Source: a bacterium (GTDB lineage Bacteria; Electryoneota; Electryoneia; Electryoneales; Electryoneaceae). Taken from it: a stretch of DNA of 64,000 nucleotides. The stretch is taken from contig JAHLLH010000013.1 of the NCBI GenBank assembly GCA_020444265.1, positions 13,340-77,339 of the forward strand. The letters are read 5' to 3'. A program made the position numbers and the translations under genes. The notes below the pieces were generated by a model, which did no database searches, had not been told where the DNA came from, and saw only the letters and a list, made by a program, of their open reading frames with translations. This document shows positions 49,765 through 58,994 of the stretch, one piece after another (within the stretch, counting starts at the first letter, position 1; the number at the start of each line of letters is the position of its first letter).

Positions 49765-52347
49765 CTAGCGTAGCAACATCACTTTGCGCACTTCGCTGCT
49801 CCCCGGGTATTCGAAACGTACGAAATAAGGACCGGAAGCCTGGCCAAGTGCATCCCAGGACACTGCATGCAACCCCGAGCTCATGTTTCCCTGGTGCAAC
49901 ACAGCGACCTCCCTGCCAAGTAAATTCGTAACAGAGAGGGTGACATGAGCAGCATTTGGCAGCGACAAAGTGATGGTCACTAACGGATTGAAGGGATTGG
50001 GCCACGTGTCGACAATGTGGTAACCGACAGGCATGAGAGAAGGATCTTCCTCATCCACGCCCACTTCCTCCACACCAATCGTCATCAGTGCATGAGTGAT
50101 AGCGTTTGTGGCGCTCAGTTCTGTCATCGCCGAAAGAGGAAAGTCGAATAGAACCCACCCGGGCTGAACCTGGCCATCCATGATCCCCGATATCTCTCCA
50201 TGATACTCGGAATCTGCCCCGTCTGCTGCGTTGAACGCATAAATCGGAACTGATCGTCCGGAATTATCAAGGGTCAGGACATCCATGATCGGAAGTGCGC
50301 CCGGAAGGGTGGGATAATAGTCGGTATTTAACTCGACATCCGGGAACGTCTCATCGGGGAACCTCCACTCTACCCCCGATGCGCCGATAAATTGCGGATC
50401 GGAAACTGCGGTGACCGTACTCGTTTCGATTCCAAACACATCGCGGAATAGTGTACCCTCATCAAAGGTTTCCGAAAAATTCCGGCTGTTACCAAGGGAT
50501 GATGAGAGCCGCCACCCGCAAAGGACAAGCCGTCCACCATGCGCGATGAATTGGCGAATCGCCTCACTGTTTTCGCTGAAATTGTTGTCCAGTCCATCTG
50601 CATGGATCACCACAACCTGGTGTAAGCCAAGATCCGCGTCGGTCAGTGGACGGTCTATTGCTACACTATCAGCCAGATCCCAAATTTCTGCCACGTTAAA
50701 GTTCAGCAGGATTGAGGCAAAAAAATCGTCTACCACGTCATCTTGTGGTGAACCGGGGGTTCCATCCCCATCAGAGGTTGCATCCACAACAAGCATGCCT
50801 CCCTGATGCCCGATCAGCGCACCATAGACTACTTTAGACGGCGCGCTCCGACGGCCATCCTCCAACACAGTCACCATTCGATAGAGAAAGAGCTGGCCTT
50901 GGGGCATATCCCACTCGAACCGACTGCTATCATCTGGTTCTATTTCATGGATGATTGTGAAATCCCCACCCGGTTCCGCACGCTCCAGATCGTAATGGCT
51001 TACCGTCGGAATCTGCACAGGGGTCCATCGTAATAAGACGGAGTTGAACCCAGATGTCCCTCTGAAATTGGAAGGAGGATCGATTGTTGACGAGACGGTG
51101 ATGAAAACCTCGTCGCTAAAGGGTGAGGGGAGTCCGTTGACATCTGTGACTGACATACTGATGGCAATCTCGTCACCTTCGATGAAACCGGAAAGAGCGA
51201 TGTCGCGATCATTTTCTCCTTCCACCATTTGGTCCCAATGGGTCTCATCTGTATAGCGCACGGCAACATAAGAGGTGCCCCCGGTCGGGACATACCCACT
51301 CGGCCAACTGACCTGAATGGACTCACCATCAGCCATATTCACAACCTGGGGAGGTTCGGGTGCGGGCGGAGCCTGCGCAATAGTAGCGGTTACGCCGAGG
51401 ACAAGACGGACATTTTTTCGGAAGTAATTGAAATCCATTGCCTCGGGCAGATCGGTATCATCGTGCTGAAAATCCGTATCCTCTCCGGTTTCGATGACAC
51501 GAATCGCTGGGAAGCCAGCATCGGAGAAGGAAGAGTGGTCACCACCACGTCCCGGTCGGTCCTCCGCTGGGATCAACGTGACGGTCAACCCGTCCGCATA
51601 GGCCTCTCCCACCCACTTGGCATAGCGTGCCAGTTGACGTGAACTCGACCCTTGCGGTCCAGCACTAAAGATGCGAACCGTACTCGTGTCGATTGTGCCA
51701 TCTGGAAAAACGGTATGGGCCAGCATATCCATGCTCAGCATGCCTGTCACATTCCTGGAATCCGCAGCAAAGGCCTCCGCCATGGCGCTTGAGCCCAGCA
51801 ATCCCTGTTCTTCCCCGGTGAATGCTGATTGGATGATGGTGGGTCCGAGTTCAAGGTTGGCAAGAAGTCGTCCAATCTCGATCATCGCTGCGACGCCGCT
51901 GCCATCATCATCAGCACCGGGGGCAAAACCGGTGACGTCCGAGCTCGAAACGGTCCTCGAGTCCAGATGACCACCGAGGATCAGGTAGCGCTCAACCTCC
52001 CCCGATCCTCCATAGGTTCCCGTGACGTTGTAGCAGAGGTGTGGACTGCCGTCCCAATTTCCCATCCATGGAAACAACTCGTCATCCAATCCATGACGAG
52101 CATACTCGTCCCGAACCCAGTTCCGGGCTGCACCAACTCCCGTCGTTTCGGACAGGGTATCCGAATAGGTGTGGCGTGTGTGAAAGGAAACGAGCTGGTC
52201 AATGGAGGCCTCCAATGAATCCGCGCTGACTTGATCAGCAAGAGCGAGAATGGCAGGATCGGCCGGGAATGGGAAAGGTTGTGCTTTCGCAGCAAATGGA
52301 AGCGAGATCATGAGCATTAGCAAAGCTGCAGATGATAGGAACTTCAC
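49765..52347 (-). CDS. Secreted M28 family peptidase with FN3 repeats and T9SS-type C-terminal domain
   Basis: GGHLDS, GADDDGSG, GEEQGLLGS, DML, GDHSSF, H ligand; FN3-like PPSNF...LRW; WPNPFNP...RKVMLLR. GTG start chosen for its GGAGG RBS (alternative 52359). Confidence 0.9.
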   Translation of the reverse strand: MKFLSSAALLMLMISLPFAAKAQPFPFPADPAILALADQVSADSLEASIDQLVSFHTRHTYSDTLSETTGVGAARNWVRDEYARHGLDDELFPWMGNWDGSPHLCYNVTGTYGGSGEVERYLILGGHLDSRTVSSSDVTGFAPGADDDGSGVAAMIEIGRLLANLELGPTIIQSAFTGEEQGLLGSSAMAEAFAADSRNVTGMLSMDMLAHTVFPDGTIDTSTVRIFSAGPQGSSSRQLARYAKWVGEAYADGLTVTLIPAEDRPGRGGDHSSFSDAGFPAIRVIETGEDTDFQHDDTDLPEAMDFNYFRKNVRLVLGVTATIAQAPPAPEPPQVVNMADGESIQVSWPSGYVPTGGTSYVAVRYTDETHWDQMVEGENDRDIALSGFIEGDEIAISMSVTDVNGLPSPFSDEVFITVSSTIDPPSNFRGTSGFNSVLLRWTPVQIPTVSHYDLERAEPGGDFTIIHEIEPDDSSRFEWDMPQGQLFLYRMVTVLEDGRRSAPSKVVYGALIGHQGGMLVVDATSDGDGTPGSPQDDVVDDFFASILLNFNVAEIWDLADSVAIDRPLTDADLGLHQVVVIHADGLDNNFSENSEAIRQFIAHGGRLVLCGWRLSSSLGNSRNFSETFDEGTLFRDVFGIETSTVTAVSDPQFIGASGVEWRFPDETFPDVELNTDYYPTLPGALPIMDVLTLDNSGRSVPIYAFNAADGADSEYHGEISGIMDGQVQPGWVLFDFPLSAMTELSATNAITHALMTIGVEEVGVDEEDPSLMPVGYHIVDTWPNPFNPLVTITLSLPNAAHVTLSVTNLLGREVAVLHQGNMSSGLHAVSWDALGQASGPYFVRFEYPGSSEVRKVMLLR

Positions 52348-52399
52348 TGTGACCTCCATAGTGTGATGTTAACTTAGTGGACGTGCTGTTGTACCGCAA

Positions 52400-52858
52400 T
52401 TGAGGATCAACAATTTGAAAACCTGGATGTCATTTAGTGACATTACACGATACCGCATGGATCTGGGTCTGCTGCTGCTACGATTAACCATTGGGTTCAC
52501 CATGCTCTTTGCTCATGGTCTGAGTAAGCTGGAGCGTTTCCCCGAACTCTCTCAACGTTTCGCTGACCCTCTGGGGATTGGTTCATTTTCCAGTCTGACA
52601 CTCGCCGTGAGTGCGGAAGTCCTTGCATCCATCTTCATAGTCTTTGGCCTACTGACCCGATTCGTCTCGATTCCTTTGATTTTCACGATGATCATCGCCT
52701 TTTTTGTAATCCACGGGGTTGATCCCTTTTCGTCGAAGGAGAAGGCGCTTCTTTTTGGCTCGGGCTATGCAATCCTGCTGCTGACCGGACCAGGACATTT
52801 CAGTCTGGATGCGCTCTTGACACGCCGATTCCCCGCTTTGGAACGTATTCTTCTTTGA
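52400..52858 (+). CDS. DoxX family membrane protein
   Basis: LGLLLLRLTIGFTMLFAHGLSKL, GLLTR, GPGHFSLDA; start uncertain. Confidence 0.9.
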   Translation: MRINNLKTWMSFSDITRYRMDLGLLLLRLTIGFTMLFAHGLSKLERFPELSQRFADPLGIGSFSSLTLAVSAEVLASIFIVFGLLTRFVSIPLIFTMIIAFFVIHGVDPFSSKEKALLFGSGYAILLLTGPGHFSLDALLTRRFPALERILL

Positions 52859-52964
52859 CCTGTTGCCTCCTCGGTCTCTATAGGCTAATCCTCTTTTATA
52901 CGTATCTTTTGCAGGTTTTCTACCTCGACCGGAACGCACCGGTTTTTAGCTCTTTGGGACAAGG

Positions 52965-54380
52965 ATGAGTATGATGGGATCGAGGCAGTACGAGCGTGCC
53001 GCGGACGAGATTTACCGCAGGCTGGGTCATGCGTATTACGAGCTGGACTGGATCACGGAAGAGGCGGTGGAAACCGTAAACTGTGACCGTCAGAACTTGC
53101 TGCAGTCTCTACCCTCAACGATCCACCACTCCTTCTGCCAACAAAAACCCCACAACGGACCTCTTTCACCCGGCTGCCAGATCTGCGCGGAGGGCACCTG
53201 GTCCTGCCTTTTCATCAATCGTGTATGCAATGCTCCCTGCTTCTATTGCCCGATCGACAAACGAATCCATGAGGACGAACCACCCAATGCCTCCGGCCTC
53301 GTCTTTGAAGATCCGGCGGAATACTGTGACTATGTGGAACGGTTCGGGTTTCATGGAGTGGGCATGTCAGGTGGTGAACCATTGCTTGCCCTGCCAAAAG
53401 CGCTCTCCTTCCTGACTGCCCTCCGTGCACGATTCGGCGACAAACTCTACATCTGGCTTTACAGCAATGGTATCCTCGCAGATGAAACCAAGCTGCACGC
53501 GCTCGCTGATGCCGGACTCGATGAAGTCCGTTTCGACATTTCGGCACATGATTATGATCTACGAGCTGTCCGTCTGGCAGTCGGTATTCTTCCCCGAGTA
53601 GTGGTTGAGATCCCAATGATCCCGGAAGATGAGGAACGTCTTCGTTCACTGCTGCCTGAGCTCGAACAGCTCGGAATCGCTCATCTGCATCTGCATCAAC
53701 TTACAGCCAACGAGGCCAGCTACAGTCGTTTCCTGGACCGTGGCTACACCTTTCTCCATCAGCCCGAATATGCCGTGCTTGGTTCTGAAGCTTCAGCCTT
53801 GAGGATCATTTCCCATGTTTCAACGCATCATCCAGGCTTGCCCGTACAGTTCTGCTCGAGACCATATAAAAAGCAGGTTCAGGGAAATGGGCGGAGGTTC
53901 CGAGCCTTAGACGTGGCTTCAGCGGAGTGGCTGGGGAACGACAGTCCAACTGAAACCGGTCTGTTGAGACGAGTTACGCACCCTGGCGACCCTGTCGCTC
54001 CATTTAAATCGGATACGGATGTCGTTTTATTGAACGTTGAAGAACTGGTGCCCCCTGAGCCGAAGCAGTTGCCGGTCTCCCTTGCCTATTTTGACCCAGT
54101 CATCCGAGCACGTTCCAGCTCTTCATCAGGGGAACTTCTTGTGACACTGGACAGCGGCAAGCCGCTCTACTTTGCACGCGAACCAGTGCGGGATTTTGGG
54201 GTATTAAGCAACCGGGAGACTGAGTTGTTACAGATGCTCACACTGAAGGATGTGGACACTATGACTGCCTGGAGCTGGGTTGAGAAGCTTCCTGATGGAA
54301 TCGAGGATCATGCACGGTTGCGTCTGGAACGAATCTTGAATTATGAACGGAAACGCTGGGGGAATGGACCTCTACTTTAG
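52965..54380 (+). CDS. Radical SAM protein of unknown substrate
   Basis: CNAPCFYC (CxxxCxxC), SGGEPLL, YSNG, GLDEVRFDI, upstream LSPGCQIC. Confidence 0.9.
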   Translation: MSMMGSRQYERAADEIYRRLGHAYYELDWITEEAVETVNCDRQNLLQSLPSTIHHSFCQQKPHNGPLSPGCQICAEGTWSCLFINRVCNAPCFYCPIDKRIHEDEPPNASGLVFEDPAEYCDYVERFGFHGVGMSGGEPLLALPKALSFLTALRARFGDKLYIWLYSNGILADETKLHALADAGLDEVRFDISAHDYDLRAVRLAVGILPRVVVEIPMIPEDEERLRSLLPELEQLGIAHLHLHQLTANEASYSRFLDRGYTFLHQPEYAVLGSEASALRIISHVSTHHPGLPVQFCSRPYKKQVQGNGRRFRALDVASAEWLGNDSPTETGLLRRVTHPGDPVAPFKSDTDVVLLNVEELVPPEPKQLPVSLAYFDPVIRARSSSSSGELLVTLDSGKPLYFAREPVRDFGVLSNRETELLQMLTLKDVDTMTAWSWVEKLPDGIEDHARLRLERILNYERKRWGNGPLL

Positions 54381-54604
54381 GGAGTTTCAGATCCCTCCTC
54401 GTACTTGCCTCGTTCGAAACCACCCAATTCGCCCTTCTCCAGGGAATCTTTCCGTCCGGGCAGAACAGCAATGACAGCTCGTTTTTCCTCATCAGTCATC
54501 TTGAACCATGTCCCCGCTTCGGACATATGTCGTCCACAGCCAATGCAATACCGTTTCACATTGTACTTGCAGATTGACTGGCACGGACTTTCGACTGGTG
54601 GCAC
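54377..54604 (-). CDS. DUF1289 family small Cys-rich protein
   Basis: SPCQSIC...CIGCGR...W..MTDEEKRAV; GGAG before GTG at 54604 (alternative TTG at 54616). Confidence 0.8.
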   Translation of the reverse strand: MPPVESPCQSICKYNVKRYCIGCGRHMSEAGTWFKMTDEEKRAVIAVLPGRKDSLEKGELGGFERGKYEEGSETP

Positions 54605-54614
54605 GACTGGCTCC

Positions 54615-54651
54615 AAAAAGAATTGACCCCGCTTGGGTAAGCGGGGTCAAT
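54615..54651 (-). terminator. Intrinsic terminator of the hydrogenase operon
   Basis: 13-bp perfect stem ATTGACCCCGCTT/AAGCGGGGTCAAT followed by TCTTTTT on the minus strand. Confidence 0.88.
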
Positions 54652-54682
54652 CTAACCGTCAAACTGTGGTTCAACAACACAA

Positions 54683-55954
54683 TCAGTGCACTGAACAGGA
54701 GATACAAGGGTCGTAGGCACGGACCAGCATTGAGCACATGAGCTCTAGTTGGGTCGAATCCATCCCTTGTGCCGCGAACTGATCGACGAGATCATACATG
54801 TCGTAATGGATGTTCGCGTTGTTCTGCGTCGTCGGAATAATGCAGTTCGCTTTCTTGATCCGGCCATCTGCATCGTAGGTGTAGTGGTGATAGAGAATGC
54901 CGCGTGGCACTTCCACTGCTCCAACTCCCTGCCCCTTCGAAGGCTTGATCTCTTCTGCCATAGTCGGCTCGTTCTGCATCCCTTCGAGCTCGGCGATTAG
55001 CTTCTGGGCTTCCGCAACCACATGGACACACTCGATCAGTTGCGCAAGGTTGTTGTGGAAGGGATTGTGGCTGACCGGCTTGAGACCAAGCTTTTTCGCC
55101 AGGGATTTCGCCTCGGGCAGCAGCGATTTATAGTTGTTGTTAAACCGGGCCAATGCACCCACTGCGAAGGAATTTCGCGACAATCGTGCCCACTTGCTGG
55201 TGTTGTTCTTGTCGAGGTACTCGTTGGTCATCTCGAGGTACTGCTGCTCTTTTTTCTGCACCCCATCCGTTGAAACCAGATTGCCCCCAATCCAGGGATA
55301 ATGGCCATTGCCCTCGAGCGAGACAAATTCGGTTTCACGTGTGAACTCGGGAATGCTGAAAGTTTCAAACAGGGGCACCACAGCCAGTAGATCCTCCAAT
55401 GTCCTCGCCATGATGTCTTTCAACTCGCGCAGCTCTTTTGGCATCCGCTGAACCCCACCGACATGCAGAGAAACCGGGTGGACCGCTCGTCCCGCGACAA
55501 TGGTTGCCATCCGGTTCGCCGCTCCCTTGATACGAACGGCGGTCTGCACCACCTCCGGATGGGATTCGGCAATCGGCAGAGCCGAGGGTGCACCGAGGAA
55601 ATCAGGCGCCGCGAGGAAAAAAAGATGGAGCGCGTGGCTTTGAAGTGTTTCTGCGTGCTTGGCCAGCAAACGTAATTTCTCCGCAGCGGGCGGAATCACC
55701 ACTCCGAAAGCATTTTCGGTAGCACGCAAACTGGCAAGTTGGTGGCCCATTGAACAGATGCCACAGATACGGCTGGTCAGGGGCGCGGCGGAGGTGTAGT
55801 GCTTACCTTTCAGCATTACCTCGAAGTAACGGGGAGTTTCCACCACATCCCAACGCGCTTCTTCCAGTTTGCCTTCACGGACTCGCACCACGATGTTGCC
55901 ATGCCCTTCGACACGTGTCAGATGGTGGACATCCACATCCATATTCAGCTTCAT
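54683..55954 (-). CDS. hydA: Group 3b [NiFe]-hydrogenase (sulfhydrogenase) large/alpha subunit
   Basis: TRVEGHG, L1 SRICGIC, EVPRGILYH, L2 RAYDPCISCSVH. Confidence 0.94.
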   Translation of the reverse strand: MKLNMDVDVHHLTRVEGHGNIVVRVREGKLEEARWDVVETPRYFEVMLKGKHYTSAAPLTSRICGICSMGHQLASLRATENAFGVVIPPAAEKLRLLAKHAETLQSHALHLFFLAAPDFLGAPSALPIAESHPEVVQTAVRIKGAANRMATIVAGRAVHPVSLHVGGVQRMPKELRELKDIMARTLEDLLAVVPLFETFSIPEFTRETEFVSLEGNGHYPWIGGNLVSTDGVQKKEQQYLEMTNEYLDKNNTSKWARLSRNSFAVGALARFNNNYKSLLPEAKSLAKKLGLKPVSHNPFHNNLAQLIECVHVVAEAQKLIAELEGMQNEPTMAEEIKPSKGQGVGAVEVPRGILYHHYTYDADGRIKKANCIIPTTQNNANIHYDMYDLVDQFAAQGMDSTQLELMCSMLVRAYDPCISCSVH

Positions 55955-56703
55955 TTTTCCCCCTCGAAGCCACCGAAAAAGGCCATCCGTTCCGAGATTT
56001 CCAGATCACTGAAGCCACGTTCATGAGCGATCTTGCTGAATTCTTTGAAGTTTGGTTCCGCGGCTTCGCCACGGCAGCCCCAACAGCCTGTTCCACCTGC
56101 TGGGCAGGGAGCTGTACATCCACCTCGTGTGATCGGACCAAGGCAGAGCTGCCCCTTCTCGAAGACACAGGTGGTGAACCGTTGCTTGCACTCGAGGCAG
56201 ACCGGGTGCTCCGGGAAATTGAAGGGGATCGACCAGATCAAATGCTGAACAATCCGCTCCACCTCATCCTTGTTTACCGGGCAACCGGGGATTTCCATGT
56301 CTACCGGGACCACTTCCTTGATCGCACGGGTGGGTAAGGTCTCACGCGGTGCGGTGCCGTAGACCTCACGGTTCGCATCAGTCAGGTTGTAGGCGTTTTT
56401 GAGCGCATTAACGCCGCCGAAACAGGCACATGACCCAAGTGCGACAAGGATTTTTGCCTGGCGACGGATCTCGATGATCCGTGCAAATTCATCACTTCGT
56501 GTGATCGATCCTTCGACAAAGGCGATGTCATAATCCTTGCCTTGATCGGAGGAGATTTCACGAAAATTGACAATATCTATCGCGCCGAGGAAGTCGAGCA
56601 GAGTCTCTTCCTTGTTGGCAAACTGGAGTTCGCAGCCTTCGCACGAGGTAAAGTCAAAGACTCCGACACGTAGCCGTTTCGGTTCGATGCCGAGATATTT
56701 CAT
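55951..56703 (-). CDS. hydD: Group 3b hydrogenase small/delta subunit
   Basis: FTSCEGC, VEGS, GSCACFGG, PGCP, VCLECK, CLGPITRGGCTAPCP...CWGCRG. Confidence 0.92.
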   Translation of the reverse strand: MKYLGIEPKRLRVGVFDFTSCEGCELQFANKEETLLDFLGAIDIVNFREISSDQGKDYDIAFVEGSITRSDEFARIIEIRRQAKILVALGSCACFGGVNALKNAYNLTDANREVYGTAPRETLPTRAIKEVVPVDMEIPGCPVNKDEVERIVQHLIWSIPFNFPEHPVCLECKQRFTTCVFEKGQLCLGPITRGGCTAPCPAGGTGCWGCRGEAAEPNFKEFSKIAHERGFSDLEISERMAFFGGFEGEK

Positions 56704-56715
56704 CGATCAACCTCC

Positions 56716-57624
56716 TCAGATCGCTTCTTGCAGATTCATCACGGTCCAGTAATCGAACACCGGGCCATCCACACAGGTGTAGGTCGAACCGATGTTGCAG
56801 CGGCAGCATTTCCCCATACCGCAATGCATCCGTCGCTCGAGCGATACAAACATCCGGTGCATTGGAATGCCCATGTCGGTCAGGCGCTGGCAGACGAATT
56901 TGAACATGACCGGAGGACCGCAGACAATCGCGTTTGTCTCGCCCGGATCAACATCGACCTCGTCAAGCAGATCGGTAATCAGACCGATCTCTCCTTTCCA
57001 GTCCTTGCTGCCCTGTTCTGCAATCACGCGCAAATTGATGTCCGCAATCCGGTCCCACTCCTCGTATTGGTAGGTAAAGAGCAGCAGGTTCGACTCTTTC
57101 GTCCCATAGAGGATGTAAACATCCTTGTAGTAGGAACGATTCTCAATCACGTGGAAGATTGGGGCACGCAAGGGTGCCAGGCCGAGGCCACCGGCGATCA
57201 GCAGGATGTTGTTGCCACGCATCTGTTCCATCGGAAAATGGGTCCCGAAGGGGCCGCGAATCCCGACTTTGCAGCCACGTTTCGCATTGTGCAGGACCGT
57301 GGTCACCAACCCCACCTTGCGGATACAGAGTTCGATGAAGCCTTTGTGGGTGAAGGAACTCGAAATCGAGATTGGAATCTCACCATACCCGGGCACTTCC
57401 ACCATAACAAACTGACCTGGCAGGAAGGTGAACCTTTCCCGTTCGGTATCATCGATGATCCGCACCTGGAAGAGCTTTTCCATCTCGGTCAGGCGGATGA
57501 TATTGGTAATCTCGGCCTTGTAGGTCTTGTCGTAATGTTTGAGCTGGCTGCGCCGGTTGTAGTCCAGCGGCAGCATCATCTCACGTTCACGTGTAATGTC
57601 GTAGGGTTCGAGGATCTGCTTCAT
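56716..57624 (-). CDS. hydG: Group 3b hydrogenase gamma subunit (FAD/NAD(P)-binding, 2Fe-2S)
   Basis: [40 protein letters not shown]...CVDGPVF. Confidence 0.92.
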   Translation of the reverse strand: MKQILEPYDITREREMMLPLDYNRRSQLKHYDKTYKAEITNIIRLTEMEKLFQVRIIDDTERERFTFLPGQFVMVEVPGYGEIPISISSSFTHKGFIELCIRKVGLVTTVLHNAKRGCKVGIRGPFGTHFPMEQMRGNNILLIAGGLGLAPLRAPIFHVIENRSYYKDVYILYGTKESNLLLFTYQYEEWDRIADINLRVIAEQGSKDWKGEIGLITDLLDEVDVDPGETNAIVCGPPVMFKFVCQRLTDMGIPMHRMFVSLERRMHCGMGKCCRCNIGSTYTCVDGPVFDYWTVMNLQEAI

Positions 57625-58664
57625 TATGCTCCTCCCTCCGCCTGCAAGTCATTAAAGATGGCGGGTGGATTGATCCCGGCTAAGCAGACACGGCCGCAAC
57701 GGTTGCACCCGACACAGAGGGGCGACTCGAAGGTTTCGGTGAAGCCGCGATGCTGATGGTAGTACCTGTACTTCAGGCGAGTAGCGGGATCGGGACGGAA
57801 ATTGTGGTTGCCCGCGACACAGGCGAAGTCTTTCAGGTTGCATGAATAGAGCTGACGGGATTTTTCGCCCTCATCGCCACCCATGCTGACACGTTCGCTG
57901 ACGCCATAGCAATAGCAGGTGGGGCAAACCATCGCACAGCTGCCGCAGTTGAGGCATTTCTGGCCCCACTGACGCCAGACATCCGAATAGAATTCGATAT
58001 CGAGCAGATTCGGAATGTCGTGGAGATTAAGCGGTTTCTGACCGGCAGCATGTTCACGACGGACTTCGAGGTAGGCCTGCGTGTCCTCATCCGTCACATC
58101 ATGAATCGCGTACTTCTTCAAGAGATTGAAGCCACGGTCCGAGTTGATCGAGACGAAATAACGATCACCAAGGCTGGTCAGGTAAAGCTCAAACCCCTGG
58201 GTAACAACATCCGCGCCAACCGCCCGGCAGAAACAATCCTCGAGCGGAGGATGATCGATGCCGACGATGAAGGTATTGCGTCGCCGTGAAATGTAGTATG
58301 GGCTCGGGTAGCTGTCTCGAGCCAGCACTTTGTCGAGACGCAGCAGCGCATTGATATCGCATGCATGCAACCCGATCATGAAGCGTGGTTTGAGACGGTA
58401 CTCGATCTCCTGCTGCCAGTTGTCATTGCTGAATTTGTACTTGGACAAGGTTTCCTTGTAAGGCAGGAAATAGGTCTTGGCCGAGTACTCCGTTCTGCCG
58501 TATTCAAGGTCCAGTTCCCCGTAAGACTGGACGGGGAGAAATTGATGGATCGCTTTCCCATCCTCCCGCTCACCAATCTTTTTCGGACCGATGACCTCTT
58601 CCTCTTTCAGCAAATCCTCGACAAGGCGTTTGAATTCTGATTTCGCGATGGTTTTGAAAAGCAT
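57624..58664 (-). CDS. hydB: Group 3b hydrogenase beta subunit (2x4Fe-4S, AsrA-like)
   Basis: [16 protein letters not shown] and [11 protein letters not shown] ferredoxin motifs; start moved to MLFKT. Confidence 0.92.
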   Translation of the reverse strand: MLFKTIAKSEFKRLVEDLLKEEEVIGPKKIGEREDGKAIHQFLPVQSYGELDLEYGRTEYSAKTYFLPYKETLSKYKFSNDNWQQEIEYRLKPRFMIGLHACDINALLRLDKVLARDSYPSPYYISRRRNTFIVGIDHPPLEDCFCRAVGADVVTQGFELYLTSLGDRYFVSINSDRGFNLLKKYAIHDVTDEDTQAYLEVRREHAAGQKPLNLHDIPNLLDIEFYSDVWRQWGQKCLNCGSCAMVCPTCYCYGVSERVSMGGDEGEKSRQLYSCNLKDFACVAGNHNFRPDPATRLKYRYYHQHRGFTETFESPLCVGCNRCGRVCLAGINPPAIFNDLQAEGGA

Positions 58665-58994
58665 CGCGCACCCCCGAAGCAATGTTATGGTCTGCTTTCA
58701 GGTAAGATAGTACAGTTTGTGAAGAAATGGTACAATCTTTTCTATGAGTCTCCGGGGGCCTTTCTTGAATATCACTGCTTTTACTTGGGATGTACCAAGC
58801 TATCATTCTCTCGAAACCCTTTATTTTGTGAATTCATACGCATAATTTCAGGGACATAGAGTGTCGTTTCCAGAAATTTCATCTTTTAGTCTCGTATTCC
58901 ACTGTCCCTTGTTGCATATTGTAAGCTCAGGGGAAACAACGGGTCTTTACTCGTCATTGGTGGTACTGGGGACCGCCTAGCGTGGGCTGCGGTC

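Noticed and set aside
54674-54685. Readthrough of the TGA ending the hydrogenase large subunit (a NiFeSe-type enzyme)
   Set aside because: All four Ni-ligand cysteines are already encoded as Cys, another TGA follows after three codons, and a terminator follows.
58717-58850. TTGTGAA half-sites upstream of the hydrogenase operon (Rex-like)
   Set aside because: The second half-sites do not match TTCACAA at the right spacing; too weak to call.
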